In this document: one piece after another, positions 36,854 through 47,373 of the stretch
Position numbering within the stretch: position 1 is the stretch's first letter
How the letters are laid out: every line of letters starts with the position of its first letter
Assembly (NCBI GenBank): GCA_000999315.1
Contig: LCFW01000001.1
Span: forward strand, 11,637 to 75,636
DNA from: Candidatus Peregrinibacteria bacterium GW2011_GWF2_43_17
GTDB lineage: Bacteria; Patescibacteriota; Gracilibacteria; UBA1369; UBA12470
DNA length: 64,000 nucleotides
Direction of reading: 5' to 3'
Made by a program: the position numbers and the translations under genes
Notes under the pieces: model-generated
The model's database searches: none
What the model saw: only the letters and a program-made list of their open reading frames with translations
Told to the model about the DNA's origin: nothing

Positions 36854-38682
36854 GGGAGTTTTAAGTTAAGAGTGCTAGTCGTGTCAAATAGTTTGATGAA
36901 CTCTTTTCTGTCGAGGGTCTCCTCTTTTATTAAAGTTTTTGCGATTTCGTGCAGTTGTTTTTCGTGTTTTTTCAAAATTTCCGTTGCTTGTTTGAGCGCT
37001 TTTTCCACGATTGATCTTACCATCGCATCTATTTTTGAAGCTATTTCTTCGGAGTAGGTGCGCATATGTTTAAAATCTTTTCCCAAGAAAATTTCGTCGT
37101 TGTTATCTCCGAAAATTGTTGGACCGAGGTCGCTCATGCCGTATTTCGTGACCATTTTGTGAGCGATTTTCGTGGCTCGTTCAAGGTCGTTTGAAGGGCC
37201 GGTCGAAACTTCACCGAACATCATTTTTTCCGTGGCGTATCCACCAAGCAGAGAAGCGAGTTCGTTTTCGAATTTCGTTTTTGAATATAGGTGCTTGTCT
37301 TCTTCAGGCAGGAACCATGTGACGCCGAGAGCCATGCCTCGTGATATTATCGAGATCTTATGGATAGGGTCGCATTCCGGGAGGAGGTGACCGACTATCG
37401 CGTGCCCGGTTTCGTGATATGCCGTGATCTCTTTTTCTTTTGCTGAAAGTACGCGCGATTTTCTTTCCGGGCCCATTACGACTTTTTCTATTGAAATTTC
37501 AAGGTCGTGTTGAGTTACGGATTTTTTATTGTTTTTTGCGGCCAGAATCGCGGCTTCGTTTGCCAGATTTTCCAAATCCGCTCCGGAGAAGCCAGGTGTT
37601 TGGCGCGCTATCCTTTCGAGTTCGGTGTTTTTTGCGAGAGGTTTGTTGCGAGTGTGAATTTTCAGTATTTCGGTGCGATCTTCGATGTCGGGTGTATCTA
37701 TGACAACTCTTCGGTCGAAGCGGCCCGGTCTTAGCAGTGCCGGGTCGAGAACATCGGGTCTGTTTGTTGCCGCCATTACGATTACGTTTGTGTCTTGTTC
37801 AAAGCCGTCCATTTCCGTGAGGATTTGATTGAGAGTTTGTTCTCTTTCGTCGTGTCCTCCGCCCATGCCCGCGCCTCTGTGTCTGCCGACAGCGTCAATT
37901 TCATCTATGAAAACTATACATGGTGCATTTCTTTTTGCTTTCTTGAATAGGTCGCGGACGCGACTTGCGCCGACACCCACGAACATTTCCACGAATTCGG
38001 AACCGGATATATTAAAGAATGGAACGTTCGCTTCTCCGGCTACCGCTCTTGCCATTAATGTTTTGCCCGTGCCCGGTTGGCCGATCAAGATGACACCTTT
38101 CGGGATTTTCGCTCCCATCGAGGTGTATTTGCTCGGGTTTTTTAAGAAATCAACAATCTCGATCAACTCTTCTTTTGCTTCTCTTGCGCCAGCGACGTCT
38201 TTGAAAGTGGTTTTTTTCTTCTCCGGATCCGCGATGCGCGCTTGAGATTTGCCGAACGATAGAGCTTGGTTATTCGAGCTTGCGGCGGATTTCATCATGA
38301 ATAGTAGGAACCCGATAATTAGTATGAAAGGTATCAGCGATACCGCGAGTTCCATCCATATGTTATTCGAAGTGGTGTCAATAACTTCCATGGCGATTCC
38401 GTCGGTTTTTGCGGGATCAACGGTCGCGAGAACTTCGGATAATGTTTGTCCGGACTCTTTTATCGTGTAGAAGTTCGCTCCTCCTGTTGTCGTGTAGTCG
38501 ATTTTGTTGCTTGAAACTTGGATTGTCTCGACGATTTCGGAATTTATATCGCTTAAAAACGTATCGAGTGTGACTTTTTCGGGTGATTGCGGGCTCGGAT
38601 TGAAAAATACATACAGTGCCGTCAGGACCAGAGTGATTACGACAATATATCCGAGTGTTGAAGATTTTTTTTGTTGTGCCAT
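36850..38682 (-). CDS. ftsH: ATP-dependent zinc metalloprotease FtsH
   Basis: Two TMs, [27 protein letters not shown]. Confidence 0.98.
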   Translation of the reverse strand: MAQQKKSSTLGYIVVITLVLTALYVFFNPSPQSPEKVTLDTFLSDINSEIVETIQVSSNKIDYTTTGGANFYTIKESGQTLSEVLATVDPAKTDGIAMEVIDTTSNNIWMELAVSLIPFILIIGFLLFMMKSAASSNNQALSFGKSQARIADPEKKKTTFKDVAGAREAKEELIEIVDFLKNPSKYTSMGAKIPKGVILIGQPGTGKTLMARAVAGEANVPFFNISGSEFVEMFVGVGASRVRDLFKKAKRNAPCIVFIDEIDAVGRHRGAGMGGGHDEREQTLNQILTEMDGFEQDTNVIVMAATNRPDVLDPALLRPGRFDRRVVIDTPDIEDRTEILKIHTRNKPLAKNTELERIARQTPGFSGADLENLANEAAILAAKNNKKSVTQHDLEISIEKVVMGPERKSRVLSAKEKEITAYHETGHAIVGHLLPECDPIHKISIISRGMALGVTWFLPEEDKHLYSKTKFENELASLLGGYATEKMMFGEVSTGPSNDLERATKIAHKMVTKYGMSDLGPTIFGDNNDEIFLGKDFKHMRTYSEEIASKIDAMVRSIVEKALKQATEILKKHEKQLHEIAKTLIKEETLDRKEFIKLFDTTSTLNLKLP

Positions 38683-38696
38683 TTCGGTTTTGGAGG

Positions 38697-40025
38697 TTAT
38701 TTAAGCTTTTTAATTTTACTCGCTTTGGCAGGACTGCTCCAGGAAATTTTCAAAATTTGTCCAGTTGTTTTGGTGATTTTGTATTTGTCCGCGATTGCAA
38801 GCCATCCGACACATATAATTTCTTTCCCGAGTTTTATTACCGGAATCTCTTTTCTTATCTCTTGCGGGATTTTTTTGTTGGTGAATAGGTCTTGGAGTTT
38901 TTGAGTTTTGCCGTTTAGGCCGAGCGGTTTGATTTTATCGCCGGGCTTGAATGTGGTTGCGCGGAGTTTTTTTATGTCGCCGATTTTGTCGAAGTCGAGA
39001 AAGATCGGGCGAGTTGTCAAAATTGAAAAAGTCGGTTTGGGAACCTCTGGAAAATGTGATTTCGTCGCGAAATTTCCATTCTTTCGAGCGAAAACGGTGA
39101 AGATCGACGAAGTCGTCCCGCTTAGCGGGACGTCGAGGAGGTATGAGCTGTTTGTAGCCGAAAGATGGGAATTGCAGTAGAAGGCATGTTTTCCAGAGGT
39201 TCCCTTGAGTTCTCCCGGAAGTGGCATTGCTTTCCCGTAGGCGATTTTCATGTTGAGTTTTTTTGTGCCGGTCTTGTTTTGCGCGATTAATTTTTTCAGT
39301 TCCGCGATATTTTTTTTGGAAAGGTTGCGGTTTGTTTTTAAAAGTACTGCCGATTGCAAATACGGGTGTAGTTTTGCGAATTTTTTTGTGTCGAACGAAT
39401 CGGTCCAATGCTCGATTTCCGAGTCTATGAAAGCTTGTACCGATTTTAAATTTTCAATCGTTGAGAGGAAAGTTTTTTCCAAATTCGGATTTATTTTTTT
39501 GAGTTCGGGGATGATTTTTAGTCGGATTCGGTTGCGTGAATATTTCGGGTCCGAGTTTGACGAGTCTTTGCGGTAAGGGAGGTTGTGTTTTTTCAAATAA
39601 GATAAAATTTCCTGCTTGGTTGTGTTGAGAAGCGGGCGTTCGATTTTGTCGGACTTGATGCCGGTTAGCCCTCTTAAGCCTGTGCCGCGAGTTAAGTTGA
39701 GGATGAGAGTTTCAATCGAGTCGTTTAAGTGGTGGGCGGTTAAGATTTTTTCCGCGTTGTGTTTTTTTCTTACCCTTTCAAGGAAGTTATATCTGACGAT
39801 GCGGGCGGTTTCTTCGTTTTTTTTGGGTAATGTGATTTTTTCGGTTTCGATAACGAGGTTGTATTTTTTTGCGATTTGTTTGCAAAAAAGTTCGTCCGCG
39901 TCGCTTTCTTGTCCGCGCAAGTTGTGGTTCAAGTGGGCGAGGATCGGTTTTTCACCTTTTGCGAGAAGTTTCTGCAAAAGGTAGATCGAGTCGGGTCCGC
40001 CGGAGAATGCAAGGATTTTTTTCAT
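38697..40025 (-). CDS. tilS: tRNA(Ile)-lysidine synthetase carrying a 56-codon in-frame palindromic insertion
   Basis: AFSGGPDS PP-loop, TAHHLND, RNRIR, C-terminal PGDKIKPLG...KLQDLF domain; upstream of ftsH. Confidence 0.95.
   Translation of the reverse strand: MKKILAFSGGPDSIYLLQKLLAKGEKPILAHLNHNLRGQESDADELFCKQIAKKYNLVIETEKITLPKKNEETARIVRYNFLERVRKKHNAEKILTAHHLNDSIETLILNLTRGTGLRGLTGIKSDKIERPLLNTTKQEILSYLKKHNLPYRKDSSNSDPKYSRNRIRLKIIPELKKINPNLEKTFLSTIENLKSVQAFIDSEIEHWTDSFDTKKFAKLHPYLQSAVLLKTNRNLSKKNIAELKKLIAQNKTGTKKLNMKIAYGKAMPLPGELKGTSGKHAFYCNSHLSATNSSYLLDVPLSGTTSSIFTVFARKNGNFATKSHFPEVPKPTFSILTTRPIFLDFDKIGDIKKLRATTFKPGDKIKPLGLNGKTQKLQDLFTNKKIPQEIRKEIPVIKLGKEIICVGWLAIADKYKITKTTGQILKISWSSPAKASKIKKLK
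39039..39204. mobile_element. 166 bp palindromic MITE (RPE-like) inserted in frame in tilS
   Basis: 16 bp perfect TIRs GGGAACCTCTGGAAAA / TTTTCCAGAGGTTCCC; central hairpin cgtcccgct-t-agcgggacg; TT on both flanks, so 168 bp added in total. Confidence 0.88.
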
Positions 40026-40330
40026 AATGTTCGAAGATTTATCTTTGCAACTTCTTCTTGATTATCGTCATCCGCTGCCATATTAAGCTGTTTTTTGCCG
40101 CAGAGTAAGCATTTGTGGATTATTTGGTACCCTTTGTTGCCTTTGTATTCGAGGCCGATCGGTTCCATGAGACCGTGGCACGGAGAGAGTCTGTCTCCCG
40201 GGAGGGTTTCGTCCACATGCATAGAGTGGAGGCACTTTGTGCAATGGTTTCGGCAAGAGCTTTTTGACGGGGGGACGAGGGTTCCGCAGTTCTTGCAAAC
40301 GAATTTCTCGTTGATTTTTGGGGTTTTCAT
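40022..40330 (-). CDS. RNHCP domain protein
   Basis: FVCKNCG, CRNHCTKCLHSMHVD, PGDR, CHGLMEP, HKCLLCG; ATG at 40330. Confidence 0.92.
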   Translation of the reverse strand: MKTPKINEKFVCKNCGTLVPPSKSSCRNHCTKCLHSMHVDETLPGDRLSPCHGLMEPIGLEYKGNKGYQIIHKCLLCGKKQLNMAADDDNQEEVAKINLRTL

Positions 40331-40405
40331 GTTTTTTCTCTTGCGAATAGGGAGAGTTGCTACTAGAATTTTATCAAATAAATTATAAATTATAAAATCA
40401 GGCTT

Positions 40406-40918
40406 ATGAATCCAAAAGATCTTATGTACACGCAAAGGAGATTCTCGCTTTTACATTTCATCTCTTTCGCGGTTTTCGCGGGTGTGTTTGTTTTCGGTGT
40501 TTATACCTATATGGCAAAGATGACGCTCGATGCCAAGGTGCTTGATGCCGATTCTCAAATTGCGAATTTGACAACGCAAGTTGATGAGCTTGAGGCGCAA
40601 AATTTGAGTGAAGTTTCGTTGGCGCAACAGCTTCTTGCGAATGTCGAAGCTACGGAAATAAAATGGTCCGCTGTTATTACCGACCTTATAGCGACCACTC
40701 CTCTTTCCGTTTACTACTCTTCTTATTCCGGCAGTGAAGATGGCAAAGTTACGGTTGCCGGATTGGCCGATTCTTATGCGGCGGTTTCGGACCTTATAGA
40801 TGCGTTGTCGGGTAAAGATGCGTTTGTCGGGGTTTTTGTGCCTTCGGTTGCGGCTACCGGTTCCGAAGATAATCCGGATATGGCGAGTTTCAATTTGACG
40901 TTCGATTACGAGGAATAA
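40406..40918 (+). CDS. pilN: Type IV pilus assembly protein, PilN-like
   Basis: TM + coiled coil + KWSAVITDL...VTVAGLA..YAAVSDLIDAL ferredoxin-like pattern; precedes pilO/pilC. Confidence 0.75.
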   Translation: MNPKDLMYTQRRFSLLHFISFAVFAGVFVFGVYTYMAKMTLDAKVLDADSQIANLTTQVDELEAQNLSEVSLAQQLLANVEATEIKWSAVITDLIATTPLSVYYSSYSGSEDGKVTVAGLADSYAAVSDLIDALSGKDAFVGVFVPSVAATGSEDNPDMASFNLTFDYEE

Positions 40919-40947
40919 TTTCTAAAATCATTAATTTAAATTTTTTT

Positions 40948-41478
40948 ATGAAACGAACTTCAACAGCATTAAATCTTATGTCCGTAGTACTGCTTCTTGC
41001 GGTTGTTCTCGGACTTCTTTTCTTTGTTAATCCCATGAGAGCCGAAATCGGATTGATGGAGGTGAATCTTGCCGAGAAGGAACTGCAAGTTTCGGAACTT
41101 TCGGCTAAGGTTGCCGAACTTGAAGCCATTAAAGAAGAGGTTGGTTCTTCCGGCATTTCGGAGGACAAACTTCTTACGCAAGTTCCCGAAGGGATTTCCC
41201 AAGACGAATTGATTGTTGATTTGAGCGAACTTTCGACCACCGCGGGTATCGAACTTCACGGGATGAGTTTCAGTACGGTTGAGAGCGAAGATGGGGCGGG
41301 GGCTGTCAGCATATCCGCCAGTTTCGATGGGGATTATGAAGACTTGATCGGGTTTTTGCAGGCTGTCGAGGATAGTTCGAGGAAGATCAAGGTGAAGTCT
41401 ATCAATGTTCAACTTTCTTCAGAAGACGATGTTGCGAAGGCGAGTTTCAGCTTATTGATGGAGGCGTATTACCAATAA
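40948..41478 (+). CDS. pilO: Type IV pilus assembly protein, PilO-like
   Basis: TM + coiled coil, VP, GDYEDLIGFLQAVEDSSRKIKVKSI. Confidence 0.82.
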   Translation: MKRTSTALNLMSVVLLLAVVLGLLFFVNPMRAEIGLMEVNLAEKELQVSELSAKVAELEAIKEEVGSSGISEDKLLTQVPEGISQDELIVDLSELSTTAGIELHGMSFSTVESEDGAGAVSISASFDGDYEDLIGFLQAVEDSSRKIKVKSINVQLSSEDDVAKASFSLLMEAYYQ

Positions 41479-41494
41479 CTTAAAACTTAAAATT

Positions 41495-42685
41495 ATGGAC
41501 CTTAAGGATAAAAGCATTGATGAACTTCTTGCTCAGTTGAATGCGAAGGAAAGCAAGATTAAGGATGAGAAGATTGTTTACGGCGTTTATGATGCCGAGA
41601 AACAACCTCTCTGGGTCAGGGTGAATGATTTTCTTGTGGATAGAAGCAAGGTTAATCTTAGAGAGAAATCTTATTTTTTTCATTTGCTCGGGGTGATGCT
41701 TGATTCCGGTGTTCCGATTTTGAAATCTTTGCAGGTTTTGGTCAATAAAGTCGAAAATCCGCATTTCAGGAGAGTTGTGAATACATTGGCTTATGATGTT
41801 GAGCATGGGAGAAAATTTTCGGATGCGATGTCCAAGTTCCCGGATGTTTTCGATGACGCGGATGTCGGGGTTGTGAAGAGCGGGGAGGCGGTTGGGAATT
41901 TGAATCAAGTTTTGTTTAAATTGTCTAAGCAACAGGAGAGTTTGTATGCGCTTTATTTGACGGTGAAAGGGGCGCTCGTTTATCCGATTACGGTTTTGGC
42001 GGCGCTTGTTGTGGCGTTGTGGATCGTGATGACTTTCGTTATTCCGAAATTGAGTGAGTTTTTTACCGAGAGTGGCGTAAGTTTGCCGTGGATAACTTTG
42101 GCGGTTTTGGCGGTGAGCGATTTTGTGGCGAATTATTGGTGGGTGCTTATTATCGTTTTCTTGTTGCTGTTCTCGATGTGGAGTTTTTATGTGAATACGA
42201 AATTCGGCAGATTGAGATGGGATAGGTTTAAATTGAATATGCCGATTTGCGGGGAGCTTATCAGGAAGGCGACTTTGTCGAAATTATTAAGGATGCTTTC
42301 GGTTTTGACGCATTCCGGATTGGCGATAAATAAGACTTTGGGGATTTTGTCGGATGCGAGTGGAAATCAACTTTATAAAATCAAATTGAATGATGTGAGA
42401 AAAGCGGTTGAGAGGGGCGAGAAGATTTCAGAGTCTTTGGCGGATACGCCGTTTTTGTTTCCCGAGACCGTTACGCAGATGCTTCAAATAGGTGAGCAGT
42501 CGGCTTCTTTGAGCAAGACGGCGGAAAAAGTTGCGGATCATTATGAAATGGAAGTCGAACATGCGGTTAAAAATATGACGACGGCTATGGAGCCCGTGAT
42601 TATAGTTTTGGTAGGTGTTGCGGTTGCGGTTGTCGCACTTTCCATTTTGGGTCCGATATTCTCGTTGAGCGACATTGTTCAATAA
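41495..42685 (+). CDS. pilC: Type IV pilus platform protein (T2SS F family)
   Basis: MLDSGVPILKSL, GEAVGNL, ALVYP, MLQIGEQS, AMEPVIIV. Confidence 0.93.
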   Translation: MDLKDKSIDELLAQLNAKESKIKDEKIVYGVYDAEKQPLWVRVNDFLVDRSKVNLREKSYFFHLLGVMLDSGVPILKSLQVLVNKVENPHFRRVVNTLAYDVEHGRKFSDAMSKFPDVFDDADVGVVKSGEAVGNLNQVLFKLSKQQESLYALYLTVKGALVYPITVLAALVVALWIVMTFVIPKLSEFFTESGVSLPWITLAVLAVSDFVANYWWVLIIVFLLLFSMWSFYVNTKFGRLRWDRFKLNMPICGELIRKATLSKLLRMLSVLTHSGLAINKTLGILSDASGNQLYKIKLNDVRKAVERGEKISESLADTPFLFPETVTQMLQIGEQSASLSKTAEKVADHYEMEVEHAVKNMTTAMEPVIIVLVGVAVAVVALSILGPIFSLSDIVQ

Positions 42686-42687
42686 TT

Positions 42688-43233
42688 ATGCAAGTTTTAA
42701 AACAAAAGAAGGGTTTCACTTTAATAGAGCTCCTCGTGGTTATTTCGATTATCGGGATTTTGGCAACGATCGTGATTGCCGATTATAACGGCGAGATAAA
42801 GAGGAATCGGGTGCGAGTTGCCGGGGAAACTTTGTATGGAGAGTTGCAATATATGAGAACGATGGTTTCGAGCGGAAGTTCGGATGGGGTGACGGGTGAT
42901 TTGTATTGTTGGGGGATCGCCTTGAGCGAATCGGAATTCGAGAAAATTTATATTAAGTATGTTGATGGGATCGGATGCGATTATTCCGCGTTGACTGTTG
43001 ATAAGGAGATTTATTTGGGGTCCGGGATTTCTGCGGGTTTTGATGATGGGTTTTCGGGCGGATATGTTTTCTTCGTGCCGCCGTTTGCCGATATGTATGT
43101 TTTTGATGAAAATTTTTCCGATTTGACGGCGAGCTTGAGCGGGCTCAATGTGGTTTTGAGCGGAGGGGGAACCGATTTGCAGAGAATCGTGAGTTTCGAT
43201 TTTTTAACCGATAATTTTGCGTTAAATGAATAA
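42688..43233 (+). CDS. Type IV minor pilin (FimU-like)
   Basis: Class III signal KKGFTLIELLVV. Confidence 0.9.
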   Translation: MQVLKQKKGFTLIELLVVISIIGILATIVIADYNGEIKRNRVRVAGETLYGELQYMRTMVSSGSSDGVTGDLYCWGIALSESEFEKIYIKYVDGIGCDYSALTVDKEIYLGSGISAGFDDGFSGGYVFFVPPFADMYVFDENFSDLTASLSGLNVVLSGGGTDLQRIVSFDFLTDNFALNE

Positions 43234-43822
43234 AAAGGGTTTTACATTGGTGGAAGTTTTGATAGCCGTTGCGGTGCTTGCGACGACGCTGACCGCTATG
43301 GCGACTTTGGTGATAGTGACGATGAGGGCGAATCAGGCGAATATGAATACTTTGCAAGCTTATTATCTTGCCGAGCAGGGGATTGAGGCGATGCGAAATA
43401 CGCGAGATTCGAATTGGCTGCAAAATTACTCTTGGAATAAAGGTTTCGCTTGTACGGCCGATTTCGAAGAAGTCTATTTCACGATAGACGAGGATGTTGC
43501 GGGGCAAGTTCCGTTTCTTAGTTTTGATGGTACGAGAATGTTTACGACTCTGGGTGAGAATAATGACCCTTGGGAGATAAATTTAATCTCTTCTTCGAAT
43601 TTGGAGGCGGGGACGAGGATTTATAAGGTTGCGGAGACGGAAGGTTATTTTCGGTATACTCATGATGATAGTGGCGAAGCAACATTTTTTTACAGTTATA
43701 TAAAAGTTTATTATGAGACTTGCGGTGGAGAAGCGGAAGTCAGTTCGGTGGTTTTTTGGAATGAGAGGGGCAGTGATCGCGAAGTGGTTTTGACAACATA
43801 TTTAACAAATTGGAAGGAGTGA
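43226..43822 (+). CDS. Type IV minor pilin (PilV-like)
   Basis: KKGFTLVEVLIA; AYYLAEQGIEAMRNTRD; LTNW C-terminus. Confidence 0.9.
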   Translation: MNKKGFTLVEVLIAVAVLATTLTAMATLVIVTMRANQANMNTLQAYYLAEQGIEAMRNTRDSNWLQNYSWNKGFACTADFEEVYFTIDEDVAGQVPFLSFDGTRMFTTLGENNDPWEINLISSSNLEAGTRIYKVAETEGYFRYTHDDSGEATFFYSYIKVYYETCGGEAEVSSVVFWNERGSDREVVLTTYLTNWKE

Positions 43823-44415
43823 AAAAAACGAATTTAAAAGCGGGGTTTACGTTAATCGAGATGATTGTTTCCATCTGTATCTTTACGATTTTCATTTCGA
43901 TGCTCGCAGGTACTTATTTGTATATCGCGAGAGCGCAAAGAGAGACCGCGGAGGCGAGGAAGGTTTATTCGGGGTTGAGAGATGTTGTCGAAGAGATTTC
44001 TGAAGAGGTTAAATTGAGCGGTATTTATTACGATTGTTATTCTGGGGTTTTGGTCGGAGTGAACGAGTGTTCGACTTATTTCGATTTGGCTCGGGGCAGT
44101 GTCGCGACTTCCTTGGCTTTGATGGATGATGAGAATTTAAAAATTTTTGTTTTGGAGGATGGAAAAGTCGGGGTGAAGGAGTATGAGTATAGCGATGGCT
44201 TGTGGGTGCCAAAAACGAGCTCTTATCTTTCCGGAGAAGATTTCAATGTGGACAGTTTTTATTTCGGGATTTTCCCTGCCGAGGATCCGTCCGACAATTA
44301 TGAGGATTTATCGGTTCAGTATCAGCCGCATGTTACGTTGTATGTTTCGGTCTCTTCGGAGGGCGGGACGGAGCTGGATTTGCAAACATCAATATCCGTA
44401 AGAAAGTATGAATAA
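43819..44415 (+). CDS. Type IV minor pilin (PilW-like)
   Basis: KAGFTLIEMIVS; QPHVTL...LQTSISVR; GTG start overlapping the upstream TGA. Confidence 0.88.
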   Translation: MKKTNLKAGFTLIEMIVSICIFTIFISMLAGTYLYIARAQRETAEARKVYSGLRDVVEEISEEVKLSGIYYDCYSGVLVGVNECSTYFDLARGSVATSLALMDDENLKIFVLEDGKVGVKEYEYSDGLWVPKTSSYLSGEDFNVDSFYFGIFPAEDPSDNYEDLSVQYQPHVTLYVSVSSEGGTELDLQTSISVRKYE

Positions 44416-45301
44416 TTTTAAACATAAAGAAGGGAGTGCGCTTTTGGTCGCGATATTGATTATGGCGGTTTTGTTGGTTTTCGGGCTCGGGATAAACATA
44501 TTGATTGTTATGGAAATGAAGGCGGAGAGAGGGCTGGTTTCGGGCGGGCAAGCTTATTATTCGGCGGAGGGGGCGGTTGAAATGGCGATGTATGATGTTG
44601 TTACAAATATGAAGGGGTATGAGGTTGTTGATGAGGCGGGGTCTTTGAGCAACGAGGCGGATTATGTTTATTCGATAGAGGCGATGGGTGAGACGTGGCC
44701 TTGTTATGAGTACGGCGATAAGATTTATACGGATGATGCGGGCGCTATGTGGAGAGTGCTTGAAACGGAGGAGTCGGTGATGATTCCGCTTTTTGATGAT
44801 GCGGGGAAAATTACGAATTTTACGTTATATTATTATACGATGGATGAGGGAGGAATTTTCCCAACCGGAGAGGTTTTGAGGTGGAAAGTTATCGGGATAA
44901 ACGAAGACAGCGGGCTTACGGAAGCGATTTCGGCTTATGATATATTGATGGGGTTCCCGAGTTCTTTCGAGTCCGCGATGAAGACGGGTGGATATTATAT
45001 GGATATTGGAACGACTTGGGGCGGCAGGGAGTATGAGTATCTCGAAGCGAATCTGAAAAGTTTTCTCGAGTTGCACAGTTACAATTATTTGACCGTTACG
45101 AATGTTGTAAATGAAGAGAGCGATATGGAGTATGATTTGTATGTGCGGATGAGCGATGCGAATGTGGAGTTCGTTTGCGAATATGTGAAAGTTGTAGCTG
45201 ACGGAACGTTCGGCGATTATGTGCAGAAAATAGATTCGTTTATGAAAGAGGGAGAGCCTTTGCCGGTGTTTGATTTCGTGTTGTGGGAAAAAGACTTATA
45301 A
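44408..45301 (+). CDS. Type IV minor pilin (PilX-like)
   Basis: EGSALLVAILI lacking E5; QAYYSAEGAVE. Confidence 0.85.
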   Translation: MNNFKHKEGSALLVAILIMAVLLVFGLGINILIVMEMKAERGLVSGGQAYYSAEGAVEMAMYDVVTNMKGYEVVDEAGSLSNEADYVYSIEAMGETWPCYEYGDKIYTDDAGAMWRVLETEESVMIPLFDDAGKITNFTLYYYTMDEGGIFPTGEVLRWKVIGINEDSGLTEAISAYDILMGFPSSFESAMKTGGYYMDIGTTWGGREYEYLEANLKSFLELHSYNYLTVTNVVNEESDMEYDLYVRMSDANVEFVCEYVKVVADGTFGDYVQKIDSFMKEGEPLPVFDFVLWEKDL

Positions 45302-45372
45302 ATCCTTTTAGTATATCTGGCGAGTTGGTTAGCGACCTGGTAAACTGATAGAGAGATTTTTTAACTTTTTTT

Positions 45373-46899
45373 ATGGCTCAGAAAGATAAGTTTTATATCA
45401 CAACAGCGATAGCTTATGTGAATGCCGCGCCGCATATCGGGTTTGCGATGGAGGTTTTGCAAGCCGATTGTTTGGCGAGATATCACCGAGTGATAGGGGA
45501 TGATGTGTGGTTTTTGACGGGAGTGGACGAGCACGGATCGAAGATTAAGCAGACCGCGAAAGATCAAGGTGTTGCGCCTCAAGATATTTTGGATAAGTAC
45601 ACGCCGCTTTTTCAGGATTTGGGTAAAAGTTTGAATTTTTCAAATAATGATTTTATAAGAACAAGCGAGGAGAGGCATAAAACGGGTGCGAAGAAGTTGT
45701 GGCGCAAATTGATCGAGGCGGGTGATATTTACAGATCGAAATATCAAGGTTTCTATTGCGTGGGTTGCGAGGCGTTTGTTACCGAGAAGGATTTGGTTGA
45801 TGGTAAATGTCCCGAGCATAATAAGAAGCCCGAGTTGATTACGGAGGAAAATCATTTTTTCAAGTTGTCGAAATATTCGAAAAAAATTGCCGATTTGATC
45901 AGGTCGGACGAGCTTAAGATTTTGCCGGAGGCAAGAAAGAATGAGATTTTGTCGCTTTGCGAAGAGGGGCTTACCGATGTCAGTTTTTCGAGACCGAAAA
46001 GCCACTTGGACTGGGGGATATCGGTGCCGGATGACGACGACCAGGTTATGTATGTTTGGTGCGACGCTTTGTCGAATTATATTACGGCGTTGGGATATGC
46101 GGGCGAGGAAGAGAAATTCGGGAGATATTGGCCGGCGGATGTGCATCTGATAGGGAAGGGGATTTTGAGGTTTCATGCGGGGGTTTGGATCGGGATGCTT
46201 TTGTCGGCGAAGTTGCCTTTGCCGAGAGCGATTTATGTTCACGGGTATATAACTTCCGACGGACAGAAAATGTCGAAAAGTATCGGCAATGTTATTGATC
46301 CTTTTGCGGTTACCGAGAAGTACGGAGTTGATTCGATCAGGTATTTCTTGCTTCGGGAGATTCCGACTTCGGAGGATGGGGATTTCAGCGATATGAGATT
46401 CAAGGTGGTTTATGAAAGTGAACTTGCGGATAATTTCGGGAATTTGTTTGCGAGGGTTTTGGCGATGACGGAAAAGTATTTCGGAGGAGTTGTGCCGGAG
46501 ATTTCGTCGGATGCCAGAATGGTGAATTTGTTGAAAGACGCTTGGTTTGAGTATGACAAGTATTTTAATAATTTTGATCTTAAAAAAGCTTGCGAGGAGA
46601 TTGTGAAGGTTGCCGTGGTGGCGAATCAGTATGTCGAGGACAATAAACCTTGGCAGTTGGCTAAAACGGATAAGGATGCGCTTGGACGGGTTATGTATAA
46701 TTTGCTCGAGGTTCTGCGCCAGATTGCTTGCATGCTTTATCCTTTTATTCCAGGGACGGCGGATGCGATGTTGAAAAGCTTAGGGATGGGGAAGATTTAT
46801 GATGAAGGGACTTCGGTCGAGTTCAGGAAGTGGGGGTTTTTGAAAAAAGGCGGGAAGGTTGAAAAGGTCGGGGTGCTGTTTCCGAAGGAAAATCGCTAG
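45373..46899 (+). CDS. metG: Methionine--tRNA ligase
   Basis: YITTAIAYVNAAPHIG, GVDEHG, YVWCDAL, KMSKS. Confidence 0.98.
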   Translation: MAQKDKFYITTAIAYVNAAPHIGFAMEVLQADCLARYHRVIGDDVWFLTGVDEHGSKIKQTAKDQGVAPQDILDKYTPLFQDLGKSLNFSNNDFIRTSEERHKTGAKKLWRKLIEAGDIYRSKYQGFYCVGCEAFVTEKDLVDGKCPEHNKKPELITEENHFFKLSKYSKKIADLIRSDELKILPEARKNEILSLCEEGLTDVSFSRPKSHLDWGISVPDDDDQVMYVWCDALSNYITALGYAGEEEKFGRYWPADVHLIGKGILRFHAGVWIGMLLSAKLPLPRAIYVHGYITSDGQKMSKSIGNVIDPFAVTEKYGVDSIRYFLLREIPTSEDGDFSDMRFKVVYESELADNFGNLFARVLAMTEKYFGGVVPEISSDARMVNLLKDAWFEYDKYFNNFDLKKACEEIVKVAVVANQYVEDNKPWQLAKTDKDALGRVMYNLLEVLRQIACMLYPFIPGTADAMLKSLGMGKIYDEGTSVEFRKWGFLKKGGKVEKVGVLFPKENR

Positions 46900-47371
46900 C
46901 GATTAGGATATTTTTCCATCCCTCCGTTTGAGCCTCCGGTTCGGTTGTTTCTTCCGCGTTTTCTTGTTCCGATACGTCGGTCGTGAGGACGACTCTTATT
47001 ACAAATCTTACAATCGAGTATGAAAGCATAATGATGAGTAGACCGGCTATTGACCACATAATGCCCTTTTTGGCTTTATCTATTTTGTCTTGCTGGCCGA
47101 ATGAACTGGCGTATGAGAGAGCGTTTGCGACAAGGAAATATACCGCGATGACGCCGACTATTCCGAGAAGTCCGCTTACCAAGTCCGCGAGTACGTATGT
47201 TACCGCCGTTGCGCCATAATCACCACCTTCAGTGCTTTCGTTTTGATCCGCCCGAGATTCGGCGATGTTTGACGGTTGATACTCTTCCGGTACTTCGTAT
47301 GCGGCGAAAGCCGTTTTGCAAAGCGGCAGAAGTAGGACGAGTGTCGTGATTGCGATTAAGATTTTTTTCAT
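46823..47371 (-). CDS. TrbC/VirB2-like pilin (T4SS_pilin-type)
   Basis: Signal peptide; helical hairpin GIVGVIAV...G..DKIDKAKKGIMWSIAGLLIIMLSYSIV; tail overlaps the metG 3' end. Confidence 0.78.
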   Translation of the reverse strand: MKKILIAITTLVLLLPLCKTAFAAYEVPEEYQPSNIAESRADQNESTEGGDYGATAVTYVLADLVSGLLGIVGVIAVYFLVANALSYASSFGQQDKIDKAKKGIMWSIAGLLIIMLSYSIVRFVIRVVLTTDVSEQENAEETTEPEAQTEGWKNILIASDFPSETAPRPFQPSRLFSKTPTS

Positions 47372-47373
47372 TT

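Noticed and set aside
46823-46904. 77 bp convergent overlap of metG with the last pilin, and 14 bp palindrome aatcgctagcgatt at the metG stop
   Set aside because: Most simply a read-through tail after loss of a stop codon; the palindrome is too short to call
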